Shown one piece after another: positions 17,019 through 24,131 of a DNA stretch of 56,448 nt. Below the pieces are notes generated by a model. The model had not been told where the DNA came from. It was given only the letters and a program-made list of their open reading frames with translations, and searched no databases. The translations under genes were made by a program, and so were the position numbers. Each line of letters opens with the position of its first letter. The first letter of the stretch is position 1. The stretch covers positions 1-56,448 of the IMG/VR virus record IMGVR_UViG_3300046777_001585; one strand, given 5' to 3'. This DNA is from a virus (lineage: Duplodnaviria > Caudoviricetes).

Positions 17019-19265
17019 ATGGCTACATACACGAATCTTGGCATTAAGCAGATCACCACGGGCGACGAATCCGGCACGTGGGGAGATTCGACCAACACCA
17101 ACTTTGATTACTTTGACACAGCCATTGTCGGCTATGTCAGCGTTACGCTTGCTTCTGCGGGTAGTTCCGGTTCCCCGAACACGCTCAATGTTGCGGATTT
17201 TGCGGCGTCCAATGGGCGGAACAGGATTGTTGAGTTCGTGGACGCGGGTGATCTCGGGGGCACGGCCTACGTCCAAATTACTCCAAACGATTTTGAAGGG
17301 TACTACTTCATCCGGAACGGGCTTTCGGGGAGCCGTAGTATTTTGCTGTTCCAGGGGACGTATGACGCTGCTCGTGACTACGAGATCCCGAACGGGAAAG
17401 ACATCGTCGTACGTTGTTCTGGGGGCGGTAGCACGTCTTACATCTACAATGTGCTAGAAAACCTGCAGGTAGGAAATCTTTCGGCATCTTCGCTGACGGC
17501 CAGTACGGCGCTTGCGCTTGATTCTAGTAAGAACGTAATCAGCGTTACCAATACAGGCACTGGCAACAACGTTTTGGCCACCAGCCCAACGCTTGTTACC
17601 CCTGTCCTTGGAACTCCTACTTCTGGAACGCTGACGAACTGCACGGGACTGCCTGTTTCCACCGGCATTTCTGGACTGGGAGCGAATGTTGCGACGTTTT
17701 TGGCAACTCCTTCCTCCGCAAACCTTATCGCGGCTGTCTCTGACGAGACGGGTACTGGATCGCTTGTTTTTGCAACGAGTCCGACTCTTGTCACGCCCGT
17801 TCTTGGAACTCCTACTTCTGGAACGCTGACGAACTGCACGGGACTGCCTGTTTCTACGGGGATCTCCGGTTTTGGAACAGGCGTTGCAACTGCTTTGGCG
17901 GTAAACGTCGGGTCTTCTGGAGCTTTTGTGACTAATGGAGGCGCGCTTGGTACGCCTTCGTCGGGCACGGTGACGAATCTTACTGGCACCGCTTCAATCA
18001 ACATCAATGGAACTGTTGGAGCGACGACGCGGAACACGGGAAGTTTTATTAGTGTTACTACAAATTATGCAGATCGTGCATATAACGGAGCTTTTCTAGA
18101 AAACTCTCAGTTAGCCTCCGTTAACATCCCAAAAGACCACAGGTCTTTTGGAACAGCTGTTAGCCTGACCGATGCTTCAACTTTAACAAGCTATACGGGA
18201 CTTATTGTAGAAGGGGTTAACATACTGGCGGGGGGAACTGTTACTACTCAATACGGGGTTCAAGTACTTTCTTCTCTTAGCTCCGCCACAACAAACTACG
18301 GCGTTTACTCAAACATCGCCGTATCCGGCACAAGCCGCTATAACTTTTACGCGGCGGGTACTGCCCCGAACTACTTCGGCGGCAGCACAGTAATCAGCGT
18401 CACCGACAACACTAACGCTGCCCTGCGCGTCACGCAGCTTGGCACGGGTAACGCGCTGGAGATCGAGGACACTACTAATCCAGACTCCTCTCCTTTTGTG
18501 GTGGATGCAAACGGGGTTTTGATCAAGGGCCGTTCAACCACGGTATCCACCAAGGTTTTGGCCACTGCAGGGACGCTTGATGTTCAGGTCCATGGGACAG
18601 GTGCCGCCACCTCATCAATGGGCTTGTTCAACTATGCAAACAATGCCACTTTCCCGTCTTTCCTTGTTTTCAATAAAAGTAAGTCGGGAACCAGCGGCAC
18701 ACTAAGCGCGGTCACAGACGGCGACAATCTTGGTCTTATCCAGTTTAATGGCGCAGACAGCGACGCGACCTCGACGTTCAACCCCGGCGCATATATTTCT
18801 GCGCAAGTAGCAGGAGCAGTCGCCGCATCTTCAATTCCAGCCAGACTAAACTTTTCGACTACAGCGGTCGGAGCAACAACTCCAGTCACTACTGTGCAAA
18901 TAGCGTCCACCGGTCTTACCGTCACACGTGACGCAGCCGGCCTCGGGTACGGCACGGGTTCTGGCGGGGCTGTCACGCAGGCCACAAACCGCACAACCGG
19001 CGTCACGCTGAACAAGGCCAATGGCGCTATTACCCTGGTCTCTGCGGCAGGGACGGCAACTTGGCAGAGCTTCACTGTGACCAATAGCACGGTGGCTGCG
19101 ACTGACGTAGTAATCCTCAGCCAGAAGAGTGGGACGGACCTGTACATGCTTGAAGTCACGGCGGTAGCTGCGGGCTCGTTCCGTATCTCATTTGCTACAA
19201 CCGGAGGCACGACGACAGAGCAGCCGGTGTTCAACTTTGCGGTCATCAAGGCGGTGGCGGCTTAA
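17019..19265 (+). CDS. Tail fibre protein 2
   Basis: TGDESGTWGDSTNTNF anchor; ATSPTLVTPVLGTPTSGTLTNCTGLP repeat; C-terminal VTQATNRTTGVTLN domain. Confidence 0.8.
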   Translation: MATYTNLGIKQITTGDESGTWGDSTNTNFDYFDTAIVGYVSVTLASAGSSGSPNTLNVADFAASNGRNRIVEFVDAGDLGGTAYVQITPNDFEGYYFIRNGLSGSRSILLFQGTYDAARDYEIPNGKDIVVRCSGGGSTSYIYNVLENLQVGNLSASSLTASTALALDSSKNVISVTNTGTGNNVLATSPTLVTPVLGTPTSGTLTNCTGLPVSTGISGLGANVATFLATPSSANLIAAVSDETGTGSLVFATSPTLVTPVLGTPTSGTLTNCTGLPVSTGISGFGTGVATALAVNVGSSGAFVTNGGALGTPSSGTVTNLTGTASININGTVGATTRNTGSFISVTTNYADRAYNGAFLENSQLASVNIPKDHRSFGTAVSLTDASTLTSYTGLIVEGVNILAGGTVTTQYGVQVLSSLSSATTNYGVYSNIAVSGTSRYNFYAAGTAPNYFGGSTVISVTDNTNAALRVTQLGTGNALEIEDTTNPDSSPFVVDANGVLIKGRSTTVSTKVLATAGTLDVQVHGTGAATSSMGLFNYANNATFPSFLVFNKSKSGTSGTLSAVTDGDNLGLIQFNGADSDATSTFNPGAYISAQVAGAVAASSIPARLNFSTTAVGATTPVTTVQIASTGLTVTRDAAGLGYGTGSGGAVTQATNRTTGVTLNKANGAITLVSAAGTATWQSFTVTNSTVAATDVVILSQKSGTDLYMLEVTAVAAGSFRISFATTGGTTTEQPVFNFAVIKAVAA

Positions 19266-19276
19266 GGAGTGCGGTC

Positions 19277-21136
19277 ATGGCTCTTCTCCGTTTGGCATTA
19301 AAGCCGGGCATAGACAAACAGAATACAGAGTACGGAGCGGAGGGCGGCTGGACCGACTGCGACTACGTGCGCTTTCGCTATGGCCTTCCTGAAAAAGTAG
19401 GCGGCTGGACGTGGTTCGAGCAGCTTGAAACCTATCTCGTTGGCGTCGTATGTCACTCGAGATCTTGGACTTCCTTGGCGGGTGTCCCTTACATGGTAGT
19501 GGGGACAACAAAGAAGCTGTACGTCTATTCCGGCGGTCTTTGGGACGACATCACGCCGCTGCGGGCAACGACCGCCGCTGGAGACGTTACTTTTGCGGCG
19601 ACCAACGGGTCTCCGACCCTTACGGTTACTGACACCGCTCACGGCGCGTTGGCCGGGGATTTTGTTACGTTTAGCGGGGCCAGTTCTCTCGGGGGAAACA
19701 TCACCTCGGCTATCTTAAACGCCGAATATGAAGTTACCTCAGTTCTGACCGCGAACACCTACACCATAACGGCTCCCGTTAATGCCAATGCTTCTGACAG
19801 TGGTAACGGAGGAGCCTCTGTTGTAGGGGCGTACCAGATTTCGATTGGCTTAGACATCAACTACTTCGACTTTGGGTGGGGCGTTGGAGTGTGGGGTGGC
19901 GGGACATGGGGAACCCCTCGTGCTGCCGGCCTAGGCCTGTTTGCTCGAATTTGGCAGTTTGATAACTACGGCGAAGACATGGTCTGCCAGGTCGTGAACG
20001 GCGGAACATACTACTGGGACACCAGCGCAGGCCCTAGCACGCGCGCTTCTCAGATCTCGGGAGCCCCTACCAAAAGTACGTTCGCCCTTGTCTCTACCCC
20101 TGATCGACACCTAGTGTGTTTTGGGACCGAAACAACGATTGGAACTGCGGCTACTCAAGACCCCATGTTTGTGAGGTTCTCCTCCCAGGAGGACATTGGG
20201 AACTTTGCCGAGACTGCCACCAACACCGCGGGAGGTCAGCGGCTCACGGACGGCAATCAGATTGTCACTGCGCTCCGGTCACGCGGCCAGATACTTATCC
20301 TGACGGACACGTCATTGCACGGCATGCAGTACATCGGGCCGCCATACACTTTCGGTTTCCAGCAGCTGGGCGCAAATTGCGGATGCATCGGGGCCCATGC
20401 AGCGGTAGACATCAACGGCCTGGCGTTCTGGATGAGCCAGGAGGCGTTCTACGTATTCGACGGAACGACCAAAAAGCTTCCCTGCACTGTTCAGGACTAC
20501 GTGTTCGACGACATCAACTCCGTGCAAGGAACCCGCGTTTTTGTGGGCCTGAACTCCGATTTCAACGAGGTCACATGGTTTTACTGTTCGCAGAATTCGG
20601 ACTACATCGACCGCTGCGTGACGTTTAACTACCTTGAGCAGGTCTGGAGCATTGGAACCATGTCTCGGACGTGGTGGGAGGATGCCTCGGTGTTTAAGTA
20701 CCCGACAGCGTTTTCCTACCTGCCAAGCAGCACTGAAAGCACTATTTCGACGGTTTACGGCCTGTCGGCGGGAAGGTCTCCCGCGTACGCGCAGGAGTAC
20801 GGAAAGAATGCGGTTGACGAGGCCATCACGGCCTACATTCGTTCGGGCTATTTTGACATTGGCGACGGAGACAACATGCTCCTCATGAGCAGGTTCTTGC
20901 CTGACTTCAAGGAGCAGGAGGGAGACCTTACGGTCCACTTGTTGCTGCGGGCATACCCGCAGGGCACTGCCTCCCCCAGTTCCCTGGACCCATACACGGT
21001 AACGCCTACGACGACCAAGATCGACACCAGGGCGCGGGGCAGACAAATCTCGCTTCGGATCGAGAGTGACGAGATTGACACCAAGTGGCGGTATGGAACC
21101 CTGCGGGTAGACTTGCAGCCGGACGGCCTTAGATGA
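19277..21136 (+). CDS. Tail nozzle/tubular protein B-like (P22 gp10-like stabilisation protein)
   Basis: LKPGIDKQNT...VRFRYGLPEKVGGW...DPMFVRFS...RARGRQ...DLQPDGLR; 619 aa, directly upstream of the ejection genes. Confidence 0.7.
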   Translation: MALLRLALKPGIDKQNTEYGAEGGWTDCDYVRFRYGLPEKVGGWTWFEQLETYLVGVVCHSRSWTSLAGVPYMVVGTTKKLYVYSGGLWDDITPLRATTAAGDVTFAATNGSPTLTVTDTAHGALAGDFVTFSGASSLGGNITSAILNAEYEVTSVLTANTYTITAPVNANASDSGNGGASVVGAYQISIGLDINYFDFGWGVGVWGGGTWGTPRAAGLGLFARIWQFDNYGEDMVCQVVNGGTYYWDTSAGPSTRASQISGAPTKSTFALVSTPDRHLVCFGTETTIGTAATQDPMFVRFSSQEDIGNFAETATNTAGGQRLTDGNQIVTALRSRGQILILTDTSLHGMQYIGPPYTFGFQQLGANCGCIGAHAAVDINGLAFWMSQEAFYVFDGTTKKLPCTVQDYVFDDINSVQGTRVFVGLNSDFNEVTWFYCSQNSDYIDRCVTFNYLEQVWSIGTMSRTWWEDASVFKYPTAFSYLPSSTESTISTVYGLSAGRSPAYAQEYGKNAVDEAITAYIRSGYFDIGDGDNMLLMSRFLPDFKEQEGDLTVHLLLRAYPQGTASPSSLDPYTVTPTTTKIDTRARGRQISLRIESDEIDTKWRYGTLRVDLQPDGLR

Positions 21137-21825
21137 GCAAGATCCTCAACGTCCGTCTGCCCAACGCTATTCCCCGGGAGTACAGCCCGGAGCAGTTCAA
21201 CCAGCTTGTGCGGTCGCTTGAGCAGGTCATTTTCCAGCTCAACACAAGCTACACCCCGACCACGACCGAGAACACGGACGGGGCAGGGCGTTGGTTTGGG
21301 GGCACGGCGGGCCCCTCCGGCATTTCTGGGCCGCAAGGTGCCCAGCAACTCCTTCTTCCTCATGGGGCTTTCAGGAGTGACCAAGACCAGACGGCGGCAT
21401 CTACGACTGTTGGCTATGCAATCACGTACAACGTGACAGACCTGTCAGAGGGCGTGTATGTCACCAACTCCTCGCGGGTGAACGTGGACTACGCAGGGGT
21501 CTACAACGCCCAGTTTAGCCTTCAGTTGATCAATACGGACAGCCAAATACATGACGTTGATATCTGGTTCTCAAAGAACGGCACTAACATTGCGGACAGT
21601 AACAGCCGGTACAGCGTTACCTCCTCTCACGGAGGCGTGGACGGAGGTCTAATTGCCGCCCTTAACTTCTATCTGGACCTTAATCCGGGGGATTACTTCG
21701 AAATCTACTGGAGCACGACAAATACGGCGATTTCTCTCCAGCAGTTGCCCACGGCGACTTCCCCGACCCGTCCAGCAACGCCTTCTGTCATCCTGACGGT
21801 GGGTTATATCTCATCTTTGAGCTAA
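21133..21825 (+). CDS. Tail-associated structural protein
   Basis: EYSPEQFNQLVRSLE N-terminus plus a C1q-like beta domain; ATGA overlap. Confidence 0.6.
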   Translation: MSKILNVRLPNAIPREYSPEQFNQLVRSLEQVIFQLNTSYTPTTTENTDGAGRWFGGTAGPSGISGPQGAQQLLLPHGAFRSDQDQTAASTTVGYAITYNVTDLSEGVYVTNSSRVNVDYAGVYNAQFSLQLINTDSQIHDVDIWFSKNGTNIADSNSRYSVTSSHGGVDGGLIAALNFYLDLNPGDYFEIYWSTTNTAISLQQLPTATSPTRPATPSVILTVGYISSLS

Positions 21826-21829
21826 AAAA

Positions 21830-22162
21830 ATGGCAAATAAGTACTTCCGGCAGCGGCTTTCCCCCAGTGCTACGACGGAAACCGACCTTTACACGGTTCC
21901 GCCTGCCAATACGGCCATTTTAAACTCGTTGAGGGTGACTAACGCCAATGCCTCTAGGGCCGCGATCACCGTTTCTCAGTACGTTAGCGGGTCGGCCACC
22001 GAATACTACCTACTAAGGTCCTATAACCTTGCCCCTAACAGCACGATGGACGTTTTTAACGGCGTTCCCTGTGTCCTGGAGGCGGGGGACAAGATTTCAG
22101 TGGAAGCCTCAGTTTCGACGGTTTATTTTCACCTGTCCTATCTGGAAGTGGACAGAAACTAG
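21830..22162 (+). CDS. Small tail-associated beta protein
   Basis: MANKY...LYTVP...VLEAGD...SYLE family. Confidence 0.65.
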   Translation: MANKYFRQRLSPSATTETDLYTVPPANTAILNSLRVTNANASRAAITVSQYVSGSATEYYLLRSYNLAPNSTMDVFNGVPCVLEAGDKISVEASVSTVYFHLSYLEVDRN

Positions 22163-22242
22163 GCTTTTGGAGCATTATTAGTGCCATCTTCGCGTCCTTT
22201 CTTGGCGCGCGGCCCACGGGCCATGGCACATTACAGGAAAGG
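22149..22242 (+). promoter_or_regulatory. Putative promoter and pseudoknotted leader that sequesters the SD
   Basis: TGGACA-18-CATTAT. P1 22181-87/22223-29, P2 22191-96/22204-09, P3 22211-14/22219-22; loop CUUUCUU is complementary to AGGAAAG at 22235-41. Confidence 0.55.
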
Positions 22243-22250
22243 TATGAAAC

Positions 22251-24131
22251 ATGGCTGAAGGTATCATGTCCCTGCCCGATTCTCCCGAAATGACGGGGGA
22301 ATTCGATGTCACTAATGGCCCGGAAGTTTCTCCCGAGGACCGTAAGAAGTTCGAGGACGCGGTTCGTGAGTATGCCAACGCCGACCCGGTTCGGTTTGGC
22401 AATGACCTCATGGGCGCGGTTGAAGAGGCCGATCCAGAGACGGTACGCGAATTTCGAGACGTTTTGTCTTCCGTAGACATGCCCGATGAGCTGGTTGATG
22501 CCATGGGGCAGATGGTTGACGCTTTGCTGAGCGAACCAGAGAACTATGAAGAAAACCGTCAGGGATTTATTGCGGAAGGGGTTCCGGAAGAACTCCTGCC
22601 GGTGACGTTTGATGCCGCCTATTTCACCGCTCTAAACATCGCGCTTGACCAAATTTCCGAGCAGAAAAACAGCCGCCCGGAAATGCCTGACAACATGGAA
22701 TTTGCCGAAGGGGGCCTCGCCACCTTGGCTGATATGGGCCGTGGTCCTGACACCATGCTGGCGCACATCACGCCTTCCGAGGCACGATTGCTGCGCCGCA
22801 GGGGCGGAAGTGGAACCATAAACCCTGATACAGGACTGCCAGAGTTTTTCTTCAAAAAAATATTCAAGGCCATTGGGAAGGTCTTCAAAGCCGCGGTAAA
22901 CGTCGTTACAGCCGTCGTCAAACCAATCGTTAACGTCGTCAAGAAAGTAGCTGAAAATCCTATCGGAAGGGTCCTCCTCACTGTCGGGGCAACGATGCTC
23001 CTTGGTCCGGGAAGCGCGCTTTTTGGTGGAGCTGGCTTGGCGGGATCGCTTGGCATGGCGGCCATGCCCAACTTGGCGCTGGCCTTCAATACTGCGGCTG
23101 CAAGCACTTTGGTGAACTGGGCGGGCGGCCAGAAATTTGGCGATGCGCTTAAGGGCGGATTGTTGACTGGCGCTACAGTGGGCATTGGCTCCAAGGTGCT
23201 TAACCTGACCCCGGAGGCATACACCAAGGCGGCAGAGGCCGCGAAAAGTTCTGCCGCAGTAAAGACAGCCGGGCTGGGGGAAAGTTACGCGGGAGAGATG
23301 CCGGAAGCTACTGCACTGCCCGAAGGGGGCGCCAATCAGGCTATCACCTCCGCAAAGGCGTCGGTTCCCGACGCTGCCACCAGTGCGGCGGATATCGCGG
23401 CGAAAGCAGGTTCTCCCACCACAGCGACCAAGGCCGTCGAACAATCGTGGCTTGGCAAGACCTTTGGAAAGCCCGGTGAATGGGTCAACGACAACATTCT
23501 ACCTGGCGGGATTAAGCAGAAGGGCGAGGTTGCGGCCAACGAAGCGTTTGACAGCGCCTACAAAGACGCCATTGCCGGGGGCTTAAGCGACAAGGCCGCT
23601 ACTACTCTTGCCCAAAATGCGTATGACGCAGCTGTCCCCGGACTTCTTCGGACCTACGGCCCGCTTGCTGCCGTCGGGATAGGGGGCGCGTATCTGGCGG
23701 GGGCTTTTGACCCCGCCACGGGAGAAGAAGCAGCGCCCCCGCCAGGCTACGAGGGGATGATCGACGAACGCTACGCTGGAAAGACCGGCTATCAATTGAT
23801 CGAAGAAGACCCCGAGAAATGGGCCTTCAAAAGAGGAGATTATTCCACTGGGTATCACGGGTTTGACCCCTACTCCTCGAACTACCTCTCGGGGTCCGCG
23901 CCTCAGTACGCTGCCAAAGGCGGGGAAATGACGCTTGATGATTTTCCCCGTAAGACTGGCAAGATCGACGGCCCTGGAACCGGGACTTCGGACTCAATTC
24001 CAGCGATGCTTTCCGACGGAGAGTTTGTATTCACCGCAAAGGCGGTCAGGGGCGCGGGCAACGGCTCTCGGCGTGCGGGCGCTGCTCGCATGTATGCCTT
24101 GATGAAGTCGCTGGAGAAGTCCAATGCCTGA
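22251..24131 (+). CDS. Internal virion/ejection protein with membrane-active segments
   Basis: GRGPDTMLAHITPSEA...TINPDTGLPEF and GPGTGTSDSIPAMLSDGEFV motifs; amphipathic and glycine-zipper helices. Confidence 0.65.
   Translation: MAEGIMSLPDSPEMTGEFDVTNGPEVSPEDRKKFEDAVREYANADPVRFGNDLMGAVEEADPETVREFRDVLSSVDMPDELVDAMGQMVDALLSEPENYEENRQGFIAEGVPEELLPVTFDAAYFTALNIALDQISEQKNSRPEMPDNMEFAEGGLATLADMGRGPDTMLAHITPSEARLLRRRGGSGTINPDTGLPEFFFKKIFKAIGKVFKAAVNVVTAVVKPIVNVVKKVAENPIGRVLLTVGATMLLGPGSALFGGAGLAGSLGMAAMPNLALAFNTAAASTLVNWAGGQKFGDALKGGLLTGATVGIGSKVLNLTPEAYTKAAEAAKSSAAVKTAGLGESYAGEMPEATALPEGGANQAITSAKASVPDAATSAADIAAKAGSPTTATKAVEQSWLGKTFGKPGEWVNDNILPGGIKQKGEVAANEAFDSAYKDAIAGGLSDKAATTLAQNAYDAAVPGLLRTYGPLAAVGIGGAYLAGAFDPATGEEAAPPPGYEGMIDERYAGKTGYQLIEEDPEKWAFKRGDYSTGYHGFDPYSSNYLSGSAPQYAAKGGEMTLDDFPRKTGKIDGPGTGTSDSIPAMLSDGEFVFTAKAVRGAGNGSRRAGAARMYALMKSLEKSNA

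Noticed and set aside
13270-19265. Possible diversity-generating retroelement among the fibre repeats
   Set aside because: No reverse transcriptase in the window; the mismatches are synonymous C/T changes, not adenine-specific.
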